The notes beneath the pieces are model-generated. The model had not been told where the DNA came from. It was given only the letters and a program-made list of their open reading frames with translations, and did not search any database. A stretch of 64,000 bases of DNA from Thraustochytrium aureum (lineage: Eukaryota), in NCBI GenBank assembly GCA_012862495.1, contig BLSG01000402.1:50146-114145 (forward strand), in the 5' to 3' direction. Below, piece by piece: positions 1 to 11,644 of the stretch (its first letter is position 1; the number at the start of each line of letters is the position of its first letter). The position numbers and the translations under genes were made by a program.

Positions 1-266
1 GCGCAGACTCGGAACGCGCGGCGCGCTGCTCATCAGCGAGCGTGCTGGCAGGGACTCGCTTGCGTACTCTACTACTAGTAGGCGCTCTCCTCGGCGCCCG
101 GCCCCCTGGCTGCTCGTTGACCGCGAGCCACTGGCCGTGGCATCGCTGCCGCAGCGCGTTGCCCGTCGGCTCGACAGTGACCAGCTCCGCAAAGCCGCAC
201 TGACGAACGCGAGCGCGAAGAGTGCAGGCAGAGCCGCTTGGAAAGGCAGGGCTGCGCGAGGGCAAG

Positions 267-2664
267 ATGGGTGGCAGGGGCGCCGCAAAGTCGTGCTTGC
301 GTGCCTCGACAGGCAGGAGAGTGTTGCCGCGCAGGCTCGTGATGTGACTGCTGCGCTTGGTGATGGGTCCGCCGTGGCGAACGGCGCCTTCGGCAAGGAC
401 GGCCGCCTCCTGCAGTGCTCGATCGTGGTCGCAGAGGGGCCCGCTGAGGACCTAGCGCTCGAGCCGCTCGTGGTTCACGCGCTCTGGCGCGGCGTTCCCG
501 TGGTCAAGCCCGAGTGGATTTCCGTCAGCATCGAGGCAGGCGGATGGGCGCTCGAGCCAGGCGCCACAGAGGAGCACGCGCATTTTGACGCAAAGACGGT
601 GGAGCGCGCGCGCGGGAGGAATGCGCTCGATGCGAAGCGGGTCGCAATTGAACAGGGTGTGGACGCCAGGACTGCCGCGGCCGCCCGCGTTCTCGTGCGC
701 GCTTGCGGGGCATCCATCACGAAGAAGAAAGACGCTGCGGCCTGCGACATCGTGATTGTCCCAGGCGGCAGCGAAGAGAGCGACTGTGGCGAGCTCCCAG
801 CGCGCGCCACGCTATCAAGCGTTATGCGAATGCTTTGGGCGGAAGGCCCTCTCGCCGACTCGGTCGCCACGCCGGCCGCCTCGCTGGCCACCTCGGCGCC
901 GCCCGTTGTTGGCAAAGAGAACGACGCGAGCACCTCCAACCTGGCGAGTACTGCGCCGGAGGCTGAGGCGGCATGTGCGGTGGAGAAGCGCCCGAGCCAC
1001 GCTGTGAAGCCGCGCAAGTCTGGCAAGAGCACAGCGCCCAACCAGAGCAAGGCTTCCGAGCCGCAAAGGCCCGGCAAGCGCGTGGTGGACTCTTTAAACC
1101 CCGCCGAGGACCAATCCGAGGGCGAGGAGGTGCTGACGCAATCGGAGGTCGGCGATCACTCTGGGCTGCCCGGAGCAGGCGAGCCCGATTCTGAAATGCC
1201 GAGACCCTCAAAGTTCCGCAGCATTGTAGTGGCCACATCCGGCCTGCCAGTCGCAGAAAAGGAAGTGGTATTGCAGACTGTCGGGCGTATCGGCTCGGGC
1301 AAGCAAAAGGCCAGGCTCGTGGAGACGCCCCTGGGTGAATCTGCCACGCACGTGCTTGTCCCAACAATGGATCGCGAGAAGCGCACCCTCAAGGTGCTCA
1401 GCGCCATAGCCCGTGGCGCGTGGGTGGTCAAGGCAAGCTGGCTGTACGAGTCGCTCGAGCAAGGGTTTTGGGTCGCAGAGGAAGCGCACGAGGCCGCCGA
1501 TCGATTCCCTGGTGCGCGCGTCTTGCGCGTGCACAAGGCAGCTGGAACGCTGCCAAGCGCGCTCTTGGCCGGGCGCAGCGTCTTCCTCGAAGGCAAGACT
1601 TCTCCGCCCCAAGGGCAGCTCAAGCAAATTGTGGCCAGCGCCAACGGCGTCCTCGTCGCCGAGGCGAGCGCTGCAGATCTCATCATTGCCAGCGATGCCA
1701 AGCTGGCCCAAGGCGTTGCGGCGNNNNNNNNNNNNNNNNNNNNNNNNNNNNNNNNNNNNNNNNNNNNNNNNNNNNNNNNNNNNNNNNNNNNNNNNNNNNN
1801 NNNNNNNNNNNNNNNNNNNNNNNNNNNNNNNNNNNNNNNNNNNNNNNNNNNNNNNNNNNNNNNNNNNNNNNNNNNNNNNNNNNNNNNNNNNNNNNNNNNN
1901 NNNNNNNNNNNNNNNNNNNNNNNNNNNNNNNNNNNNNNNNNNNNNNNNNNNNNNNNNNNNNNNNNNNNNNNNNNNNNNNNTTTTCTGCTCGCTGGCTCTT
2001 TGACGGCATTGAAAAGGGCGCCCTGGACTTTGCTGGTGGCTCTTTGCCGGCTCGCGCAAAGGCGGCTGGCGCGATCGCCCGCAAGTCGGGCAAGGCTGCG
2101 CAGCAAGGCGCGTCAGCGACGCCCGCCGCAAAGTCGGCGCGCAAGCGCAGCAGCAAGGAGCCCAAGGCGCAGTCCGCCAAAACGCCCAGCAAGACGGCGC
2201 GGCCTGGCGCAGGCGCGAGCAGCGCGGCCAAGGGGAGCAAGTCCGCCAACAAGCAAGCGCGAGCTGGAGCTGCGTCGAAGCCCGCGCCAGAGGACGCCGT
2301 CGAGCAGAGGGCCCCAAGCCCGGCGGGGATCCAGAGCGCGACGGAGCCTCCAGGCGGGGGGCGGCCGTGCGGAACGCGCACCTCGCCGGCAAGGTCTGCC
2401 AAACGCGACAGCGCGCCACCTAGGTCGGCGCAGCAAGCGCTCATGTCGATCGACGATGTGTTCGCTTCGCCGAAAGACCTCACTCCCGCGACGCCCCCCT
2501 CCAAGCGCAAGCCCCAGCGCCCGGCCTCGCGCAAGTCTTCCTCCAGGAAGTCTGCCAAGGGGCGCGCTGGTGCGACTCCGCGTAGTGCGAGGCGCTCTGC
2601 GAGTAGCGACGAAGACGACGACGAGAGCGGGGACGACGCGGCGTTGGGGAGCCCGAGCTTTTGA
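267..2664 (+). CDS. Multi-BRCT protein, microcephalin (MCPH1)-like; interrupted by gap 1724-1980
   Basis: BRCT signatures HALWRGVPVVKPEWISVSIEAG and ATHVLV...RTLKVLSAIARGAWVVKASWLYESLEQG, then LLAGRSVFL...PP...LKQIV. After the gap, SARWLFDGIEKG (end of a BRCT) and a low-complexity K/S/A tail run to TGA 2664. The best-context ATG (caagATGg, 267) needs a 1-nt correction near 280. Confidence 0.75.
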
Positions 2665-2784
2665 GCACCTTGCGGGCAAGGCGGATGAGCCGAGGAGAAC
2701 AGTGGATTTTACAGTAAGCAGTTTCAAATTCCGTCTGGGTCCGCGGGGTTGCGCGGCACCCAGCCTCAAAGGCGGGGCTCAACT

Positions 2785-3450
2785 TCAAACCGACTGCTCA
2801 GGTGAAGTCTCATGCTCTTCTGCAAGCGATTTCGACGCCGAGGTGCTGGAGCCGCGCTTGCCCTGCTCAACGCAGACTGTGCGAGCGAGACGATCTACGT
2901 TCCAGAGCCGGGGGCAATCCAAGGCAAGCTCCCGCAAATGGACCAGCTTGGTGAGGCAAGTCAGGTCCAAGCCGAGGTCATCTGCTGGGCCCATTTCCAG
3001 GACGAGCCGCTGGCAAGTGCTTGCCGCGCTGGACCGCACGAATTGAATCATGATAAAGTTCGTGACGCGTCGCAAATGCGCCGACTCGATGGCGAAGCGG
3101 CCACCTCCCATTCGAGAGAAGAGCTCTGCCGGCGCTCGGGATGACGCTTGCTGTCCAACCGTAAAGCTCTTTTGCCAATGCAGCGGCCAGCCCCGGATCG
3201 CAAAGTGCCTTCTCGAAAGGCAGCTCCAGGAACGAACCACGTCGCGCCAGGGCAGGCATCTTGCAATGATTCGCAGCACGTCGTCAGGCAGCGACTCTGG
3301 CCCCGTTCGCTTTGCGCGTACAGCTTCATCCTGCCGGCCGCGCCCTTGCCCCCGGGTTTCCAACAGCCCGAGTCGTCCAAGCGCCTCCGCAACACTATCA
3401 ACGATGCCCTGCATTCTGGCCACGCAGCGCACGCAGCCAGTTCGAGGCAA
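2785..3450 (-). CDS. F-box domain protein
   Basis: ESLPDDVLRIIARCLPWRDVVRSWSCLSRR fits the F-box consensus and is followed by LRR-like segments (LTCLTKLVHLRELALDC). Exact start uncertain. Confidence 0.6.
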   Translation of the reverse strand: MPRTGCVRCVARMQGIVDSVAEALGRLGLLETRGQGRGRQDEAVRAKRTGPESLPDDVLRIIARCLPWRDVVRSWSCLSRRHFAIRGWPLHWQKSFTVGQQASSRAPAELFSRMGGGRFAIESAHLRRVTNFIMIQFVRSSAASTCQRLVLEMGPADDLGLDLTCLTKLVHLRELALDCPRLWNVDRLARTVCVEQGKRGSSTSASKSLAEEHETSPEQSV

Positions 3451-3577
3451 CGCCCGTGAAGAAACTCGATACCCTGGACGTCGCGCACGCCCAGTGTCCT
3501 AAAGATGTTTCCCTAGGCTCAACGCGCTCGATGATGCTTGCCAGCCGCGCGCGCCCAAACACGACGAGCCGACCTTG

Positions 3578-3945
3578 GTAGCCCGAGCAATCGCGCACCC
3601 ACAGCACAGTGCCCGAGGGCTGTTCATTCATGCCCAAGCAAGCGACGCCAGCGTGTCCAGGCCGGCGCCAGCACGCTCGAGCGGTTCGAGCATCATCCAT
3701 TCTCGCGCGCCAACGGCCATTTCCTCGACGAGCAAAAACAACCACCAAAAAACCCAACAAAAAGTCTCCAGTCCCCATTCAGCTGTTCCTCCAAGGACCT
3801 GCGTAGCCCGAGCAATCGCGCATCCACAGGACGCCAGCGACGTTCGAGCCCCAACCAAGCGACGGCGCCAGCGAGCTCGAGCGGTTCGAGCTCCATCCAC
3901 TCTCGCGCCAACGGCCATTTCCTCGAGGAGCAAAAACACGAAAAA
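3578..3945. repeat. Degenerate direct duplication (~200-225 bp period), intergenic
   Basis: GTAGCCCGAGCAATCGCGCA at 3578 and 3803; CTCGAGCGGTTCGAGC...CCAACGGCCATTTCCTCGA.GAGCAAAAAC at ~3676 and ~3876. Runs into an N-gap. Confidence 0.85.
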
Positions 3946-4314
3946 NNNNNNNNNNNNNNNNNNNNNNNNNNNNNNNNNNNNNNNNNNNNNNNNNNNNNNN
4001 NNNNNNNNNNNNNNNNNNNNNNNNNNNNNNNNNNNNNNNNNNNNNNNNNNNNNNNNNNNNNNNNNNNNNNNNNNNNNNNNNNNNNNNNNNNNNNNNNNNN
4101 NNNNNNNNNNNNNNNNNNNNNNNNNNNNNNNNNNNNNNNNNNNNNNNNNNNNNNNNNNNNNNNNNNGCTGGCTGGCCGGCGCTGTGCGGGTGGGCCGGCA
4201 GGTCGCGCCAACGACCGACCGCCAAGCGTATTTGCGCCGGCTGGGGCGGCAGGTCGCGCTCCGGGTGGGCGGAAGGGGACTTTGATTGCATGGTAGGCGG
4301 GCCGGCGCGGGGAG

Positions 4315-6781
4315 ATGCTGCACCTGGAGAGTGGAGACTATGACTCGCTGGCGCTGTCGAACGAGTCGCTCAACGCGCTGCCGCAGTTCAAGAACGACTA
4401 CTTGGACATTGAAGCGCTTCGGGACAGCGCGAACGATCTCGAGAGCGCGCACCGCGAGGGCGGGAAGGCAAGTATCAGGGTGGTCACCAACCTGCGCCTG
4501 CGCCCTGCGCTCCGCATGGCTCTTACGAGTAACGGTGACCCAGGGAGTGACACGCGGGCCGGCCTCGACCCCGAGGAGCGGTCGTCGCTGCTCGGCAATG
4601 CGACAACCAAGCTGCAGAATTACAGCGCAACAGCCGGCCCCGACGCCGAGGCCGGGCAGGCCGGCCTGGTCGACGCTGGCCCTGAGGGGGACAGCCTGGA
4701 CGACCCCGAGAGCCGGACGACATTCGAGCCTTCCGCGAACGGTTCACGTTCGAAGTGGTCCGCGTCGATCGGGTGTACGAGGCCGAACTGACCAAGCTAG
4801 AGTCCAGGTTTGCCAAGCTGGACGTGCACGTGCGGAAGATCCTGACCGCGAAAGGGCGAAGCGAGCTGGTCAGAAAGCGCGACGAGGTGACGCCCGAATT
4901 CGAGCTGCTCTTCCGCAAGGCGCACCACATCGAAAACTTTGCACTGACCAACTACTCGATGGCCACCGCCGTGCTGCGGCTGCGCAAGGTGCAAGCCCGC
5001 CGGTGGCGCGGCGGCTGGCTCGGTGACGGCCTCCGGCGCGAGGTCCTCGAGAAGCGGTCTTTTGTACACGTCAAGAGGGCGCGCGCGCTGATGAATACCG
5101 TCCGCGCCGCGTTCGCGACCCACTTTTGCGACTCCAACCAAACCGTTGCCGAATACCGGCTCCTGCGCAAGCACCGCGACAACATCGACTGGTACACGGT
5201 CCTGGTGGGCGCATGGATTGGCGCGGCTGCCATGGGGTCCATGTGGGCCCTCTTTGCTTCTGTGGCCGAGGTGGAAGCGGGCGACACGTTCAAGGGCAAG
5301 CTTGGCGGAATCCGCATCTTTCGCGCAACAGGCCTTGTGCTTCTTATGTACTGGGGATTTTGCATCCAAGTCGGCCTTTGGCGCGAGTTCCGCGTCAACT
5401 TCCCGGTCATCTTTTGCATCCCCGCGATACGATTCGCAACGGTAAGTGCGAGGTCTTGGCGGCCCTTGCGGCGGCGGGCGGGGCGGCTTCGCTTGGTCGG
5501 CTTTCGCGCGAATTGGCTTGTTGCGTCCCGGAGGCTAACCAACATGTGGCGGCCTGGCCGCGCTTGGACACGCAGACTTCGGCGTTCTTCTTGCATGCCG
5601 CCCGCCTCACCGTTCTGTATCTGGTCTGCGCGGTCCTCTATGTGCGGACGTCCGGGCCGATGGCCACGGCTCTGCCGCTCGTGGTCCTGTCCGGGCTCAT
5701 CCTCGTCGGATGGCGGGTGTGGTACGTCGTCGTGTTTCGCCCGCGCCGACAGTGCGCGCGCGACGCAGACCAACTGTGGCTAGGCACATTGTGGGAGACG
5801 GTGCGAGCCATGTGCGTGTTTGTGCTTGGCCTTGGAGGCGAGTCCTTCTTCATTGCGTATTTGACCGACTACCTCACCTCCAGCTCCAAGATCCTCGCCG
5901 ACTTTGCCCACATCACCTGCAACGCGGTCATCCCGGACCCAGCCGATGCGGGCCTAGCCGCGCGCTTCAGCTCGGAGAGCTCGAGGTGCGGGCCCGACAA
6001 CATTCTGATGAGCTTTTTCGTCGTTCCCGCCATCATGTGCTGGCCGATGTGGCTCCGCTTGGCGCAGAATCTTTCGCGGCTGTACGAGACCAGAGCGAAC
6101 TGGCCCTTCTTGTTCAATGCCGGCAAGTACGCCATGGCGCACACGATTACGATCTTCACCACATTGCACCCCGGCCTCCTCGATTTCGGGGCAAGTGGCT
6201 CCGAGCCTGGCGGCGTCTCCAGCCTCAACATTTCCATATTCGTGTTTGCGTTTGTGCTGACGACTCTCGTCACGTTTTTGTGGGACGTTGTCGTGGACTG
6301 GGGCCTGGGGGACGCCAGATCAGGCGGGCTGCGCACGACGCTCATGTTTGAGCCCCACCGCGCTGCGTATTATTGGGCTGTGGCCGCCGACTTTTTCATG
6401 CGGTTCATGTGGACGCTGCAGCTCGTGCCACAGTTCAAGGGTTCTGCTCCGCTCTTGTTTATGGGCGGCACGACGGCCATCGAGGTGGTGCGCCGGACGT
6501 TTTGGGGCGTCCTGCGGGTCGAGAACGAAATGCTCCACAACACGCGCAAGTACGGTTACACCGTTGGCGGAGCGCAAGGCCAAGTTGAAGGTCACTTCAT
6601 CCCGCTCTACTTTGACACGCCGTTCTTGGAGGACAACGAGCGGGAAGCGGGCAGTGCTTCTGCGGACGAGGACGGCGAAGGTGCGGAAGGCCGAGGCAGC
6701 GGCTTGGTCCGATGCGAGATCATAACCTTTGTTGCCACAGTGGTCGGGCTGGCGCTCCTTGCCGTCATCTGGACGCTTTAA
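4315..6781 (+). CDS. SPX-EXS phosphate exporter family (PHO1/SYG1/XPR1-like); intron 5442-5575; apparent frameshift ~4710
   Basis: SPX-like FKNDYLD, FRERFTFEVVRVDRVYE and IENFALTNY. EXS motifs FFIAYLTDYLTSS, WLRLAQNL, LFNAGKY, WDVVVDWGL, YYWAVAADFFMRFMW and EVVRRTFWGVLRVENE. GTAAGT...GCTAAC...CAG intron restores the frame. Confidence 0.9.
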
Positions 6782-6942
6782 TTTTAGAAAAGGGAGGGGC
6801 GAGCAGAACAGATTCGAATTCACTGACCGAAAAGGAATGCCCCAGGGCGCCGCGCGCAATCGCAATCGCAATCGGCCTTCTTCTTTTTTGCTAATCTTCC
6901 TCGCTGCGGACCACAGTGCAGCGCGTTTACAAATGGATTCTA

Positions 6943-7632
6943 CTACAAAGCATTCTCGACCTTGCTGCCTGGCGGGGGCTTGGCTGCGCCTTTGCAAGCG
7001 AACGCTGCTGCGGCAAAGGCGGCGTAGATCCCAAAGATCTCGGCCATGATCACGGCCCCCAGCAAGGAGGTGGTCGAGCCATCCGCGGCGCTCCACTCGA
7101 CCCACACTGCCCAAGTGAGCGTGACAACCGTTGTCACCACCAAGTGCAGGGCAGGATGCCAGGCCGACTCGAACGGGAAAACCGAGTAGAGCACGCTGGC
7201 CGGGCGGCTGCGCACTGCTGCAAGGACCCAGGCCGGGCCATGCAACAGGTCGATCAGCCAGCGCGAGACGATATAGCCCAGCGCCACGAAGTGGACAATG
7301 TAAGCGCCTTTGTACGGGTTGACCTGCTCCTCAAACAGGCACTCCCTGGACATGGTCTCGTTGCGCGCGCAGTCCAGCGCCCCGAGCTCGCGGCACCAGA
7401 TCCCCAAGCTCGCAAACAGTACAAACGCGGCCCACACGGAAGCCATATGCAGCAGCACCGTCCTGCGCGGCGCGCCGTCCCGGACAACCCACAAGTGAGC
7501 CGCGGTGGCAAACCCGAGCGCCGCCCAGGCAAACACATAGCCAACCGCCAGGCCACCTGCGCCGCATTGATGCCTCGGCCCGCCCTGCTCCGTTTTCGCT
7601 TTCAGCCGCCCTGCCGTCTCCGAGCCCATCAT
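6943..7632 (-). CDS. Hypothetical multi-pass membrane protein (~229 aa)
   Basis: Open frame with about 5 hydrophobic segments; no family recognised. The 5' end lies near a gap. Confidence 0.55.
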   Translation of the reverse strand: MMGSETAGRLKAKTEQGGPRHQCGAGGLAVGYVFAWAALGFATAAHLWVVRDGAPRRTVLLHMASVWAAFVLFASLGIWCRELGALDCARNETMSRECLFEEQVNPYKGAYIVHFVALGYIVSRWLIDLLHGPAWVLAAVRSRPASVLYSVFPFESAWHPALHLVVTTVVTLTWAVWVEWSAADGSTTSLLGAVIMAEIFGIYAAFAAAAFACKGAAKPPPGSKVENAL

Positions 7633-8190
7633 CCCGCATCGCGCCTCGACCAAATTCGGACCTGACCTGTGCAACTCCCNNNNNNNNNNNNNNNNNNNNN
7701 NNNNNNNNNNNNNNNNNNNNNNNNNNNNNNNNNNNNNNNNNNNNNNNNNNNNNNNNNNNNNNNNNNNNNNNNNNNNNNNNNNNNNNNNNNNNNNNNNNNN
7801 NNNNNNNNNNNNNNNNNNNNNNNNNNNNNNNNNNNNNNNNNNNNNNNNNNNNNNNNNNNNNNNNNNNNNNNNNNNNNNNNNNNNNNNNNNNNNNNNNNNN
7901 NNNNNNNNNNNNNNNNNNNNNNNNNNNNNNNNNNNNNNNNNNNNNNNNNNNNNNNNNNNNNNNNNNNNNNNNNNNNNNNNNNNNNNNNNNNNNNNNNNNN
8001 NNNNNNNNNNNNNNNNNNNNNNNNNNNNNNNNNNNNNNNNNNNNNNNNNNNNNNNNNNNNNNNNNNNNNNNNNNNNNNNNNNNNNNNNNNNNNNNNNNNN
8101 NNNNNNNNNNNNNNNNNNNNNNNNNNNNNNNNNNNNNNNNNNNNNNNNNNNNNNNNNNNNNNNNNNNGGGTGCGCCGGCGGATGGCGCAG

Positions 8191-8647
8191 TGTCGCCGAG
8201 GTCAGGGTCGTCGACCCCGCGGTGGTGCTCAAGGGCCCCGTCGTGAACGGGTTCGGGCGCGGCGGCAAGCTGCTCAACTGCCCCACGGCCAATATCGGCG
8301 TGGACCCTGCCCAGCTGGCCGCGATCGCGAATGGGATCTACTTTGGATGGGCCAAGTTTGACGGCGAGCGCGAAGTGTACAAGATGGTGACCTCGATTGG
8401 GTGGAATCCAACATTCGAGAACGAGAAAAAGACTGTGGAGCCGCACATCCTGCACTCTTTCCAGGAGGATTTTTACGGAAAGGGGCTCTCGATCGCGATC
8501 TGCGGATACATCCGGCCCGAGCTCAAGTTCGACTCGTTCCAGGCGCTGATTGAGGCCATCGAGAACGACAAGAAAGTCTCTCTTGAGGCGCTAGAGTCTG
8601 GCGCGTACGACGGGTTCAAGGCCGCCCTGGCGGAGGGCAAGCTGTAG
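8191..8647 (+). CDS. RFK: Riboflavin kinase (5' exon probably in the gap)
   Basis: GPVVNGFGRGGKLLNCPTANI, MVTSIGWNPTF, VEPHILH..DFYG and GYIRPE. Candidate acceptor CGCAG ends at 8190. Confidence 0.95.
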
Positions 8648-9053
8648 CGGCAGGACGCAGCGCTGGCTGGCTCGCGGGCCCGCAACTGTTGCTTACCGTC
8701 TTTAGAAGAAGTGTCATCGTGTCGTGGCCGAGCTCTAGAGCGCGCAGGGCCGGACTGGACTCCCCAGAGGGGGCTATGCCACAACAAAAGGGTAGATTGG
8801 TTTACTATTGATCGATGACCAGGCGCCCCGGCGCCCCTTCACCGTATGTTTTTTACAAAAAGCACCACCCGGCCGCGGCCCGACCGGGCACAAGCCAGCC
8901 CGCGCGCGTCTCGCGACCTCGAGACGCGTATCGCCACCCACAACCCAGGAGCAGCACCCCGCCGAACGCGGGCGAGCCAGTCCCTCTAGCCCCGCCCGCC
9001 CAAAGCGTTTTTCCGTCCACGCGTTCCTTCCGCTCCGCTTCACGTCGCGTCCG

Positions 9054-11644
9054 TCACGTCACAAAACGCGTGTGGATGAGGGAAAGCAGCATCCCCGGGT
9101 TGTTCTTGAAAAAGTCGAGCAGCATATCCCGCGGAAGCAAAAGCACAGTGGCGTCCGTCGCCGCAAAGAGGTCAAAGTCGATGGCCGAGTGTTCGAGGAT
9201 GGCGTCCACGTCCAGGATGAACGCGCCGCGGCTGAACTGGTTGCGGAAGCTGATCACCTCCCCGGTGTCGAGGTTCGACAGCACGCTCTCGATGCCCGAG
9301 CTACTCGTCCGCGTCTCGGCCTCGGACAAGTTGCTTGCGGTGGAAACCTTGACAGCGCTCGTGGACTCGGAGCAGCGGAGCGAGCCCGCTTGCACAAGCA
9401 CAGCGCACTCTGCGAGCTGGCCCGTGCGCCAAATGGCCTCGCCCTTCTTGAGGAGCTTGGTCGCAAACGCGGTCTCGAGCTGCGTCTTTTGCGACACGGA
9501 GAGTCGGGCCAAAACAGAGTTCTCCTCCATCGTGTCCCAGCTCCCGTTGTCGCGCATCTTGGCGAGGCGCGACATCTTGAGCTCCACGTCGGTGTTCTTG
9601 AGGAGCCACTTGAAGTCGTTCCGGTCGAAGCGGAGGACCTTGAGATCAACGATGGCAAAAATATCAGCCGTGCGCACCGAGTTCTCGGAAAACAGGGCCT
9701 GCTCGCCAAAGTAGTCTCCGGTCGTGTACGACTTGACGGTGAGAACCTCCGTGGCCTTTTCCTCCTCCTCCTCGCTCTCCTCAGACTTGGCCCCGCCCTG
9801 CGCAGACTCCGCGTCCGATTCCCCTGCAGTGCTGCTTCCCGCATCGCTGGCGCCCGCGGCGCGGGCGCCGCCAGTACTGCCCGACTTGGTGACCCGGACC
9901 TCCGCTTGGCCGGACATGATCGCGTAAAAGCTGGTCCCGATGTCGCCCTTGCGCACAATGCACTGGCCCGCCTTGAAGCACTCCATCTTGCTGAAGCTGA
10001 GCACCTCGGAGGCGTGCTTGATCGTGAGGCCAGAAAAAACGGGGATGGACGAGACCAGGTCGAGGACCTCGAGCGCCTTGGCGTGCGGGGGCTCCTCGAC
10101 GCCCTCGAGCACGATCGTGTTCTCCACGCCTGGCATGGCTGCGCGCAGCCCAGACCCCTCCGGGATCTTGTCGAGCGCAACGTGCACGACGTGGAGGCGC
10201 TTCTTGACGTCCTCCGGGAGCGCGGAGAGGGTCTCCATGGGCGTGTGGATGGGGGGCACCCCTGCCTCGTGCAGGATGAGGTCGTGCTGCCACGGAAAGG
10301 CGAGCAGGTCGTCGCGCCGGCCGACGGAAAGCACGCCGTCATCGCACAAGTCGCGGATGCGGCCTGGGTCGTTCATGTGGTCGGCGGAGAAGACGATAGA
10401 GCGCCCCCCGAAGAAGGCCTCAAACCCAACGCACGGGATGGAATGGAGGCTGTAAAAGAACTTTAGCACCCCGCCGCGGACCTTGACGGCTTCGCCGATG
10501 CGGACCGGGCGAAACTCGAGCACCGTCTCCAGGAATGACTCGTCCAGGCCCGACAGGGCAGAGTACTTGCGCAAGAAGCAGCCGTAGATTGTGGGCGTCG
10601 TCATCAGCGTCACCTTGCCCTCCTGGAGGATCTTCTGGAAGGTCCCCGCGTCGTGGTCGGCGTGGCAGTGCGTCACGATGACGCCGTCGATCAGGGAGGG
10701 CGCGATGCTGTTCTGCTGCAGCAAGGACGACGAGTTTGGCGGCGGGTCCACCATGACGCCGCGGCGGTTCATCCACAGCACGTACCCCGAGGTCTTGCCT
10801 TTTGGGTCAAACCCGTGCGAGCTTCCCAGCACTGTGACGCCAAATAGCGGGGGCTCAAAGTCTTGGGCAGGCGGCGCAATGCAGCGTTCAGGAGGCGGGA
10901 TGCGCACGAGGGCGGCGACGCGCGCGATCTCGGCGCCGGCCGCGTCTTTGACGACATACTCTTGCGGGAGGCGGTGGATGACAACCTTTTCGCCGCTCTC
11001 GTCCCCGGACGAGAGCGTCACCGTGTTGCTCTTGTCGTCGAATATGGCAAAGGTGAGGAGCATGTCAACGCTGATCATCTTGTCTCCGAATTTCCGAAAG
11101 TATGCGAGCTCCTTGTGGAGCTCGGGGCGCCTATCGACGGGGAAAGACGGGTCGAAGTCGACAGTAGAGTCCCACTCGCGCGGCCCCAGGAGCGTCTCCT
11201 GGAAGACGTTCTGGATGCGCGTCTTGACTTCCTCGCTGTTGACGACGAGACAAACGCGCTTTCCCTTGAAGAAAAAGTTGCCTGAGCGCGATTCGGGTCG
11301 CGATTCGGGTCAGCCGAGCTCCAGGGAGCGAGAGAGCGAGCGAGCGAGCGAGCGAGCCTCCTCTGGGCAAACGGCGCGAGCAATCCGCCAGCAGGACACT
11401 TACAGTACGCCGGAAATTCAAACTCGGCCACGTTGACGCCTTGGCTCGGGCCGAAGCGCTTGACAAAGCGTTCTGTTGGCACGATGAAGAAAGAGGGGAT
11501 GCCCAGCCCCAGCACCATGCTGTCCTTGATCGTCTCCGGGGGGATGCCGAATTGGACGGGCCCCAGCTTGTCACCACGATCGTGCCGCCACGCGGCAGCT
11601 CGAAGACAACCTTGGCGTTCTTGTGAGCCTCGCTCGCTGCATCT
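9054..11644 (-). CDS. Metallo-beta-lactamase-fold cyclic nucleotide phosphodiesterase with two cNMP-binding domains (Dictyostelium GbpA/GbpB = PdeD/PdeE type); intron 11282-11403; apparent frameshift ~11565; 5' end in gap
   Basis: LPRGG...GPVQFGIPPETIKD, LGSSHGFDP, THCHADHDAG, LHSIPCVGF and HEAGVPPIHT. CNB motifs IVRKGDIGTSFYAIMSG and GDYFGEQAL...RTADI, plus a second degenerate CNB. Confidence 0.88.

Noticed and set aside
8808..10466. Long antisense ORFs (also 22565-24547, 30114-31370, 59707-61416)
   Set aside because: Shadows of GC3-rich genes on the opposite strand, with no motifs of their own.
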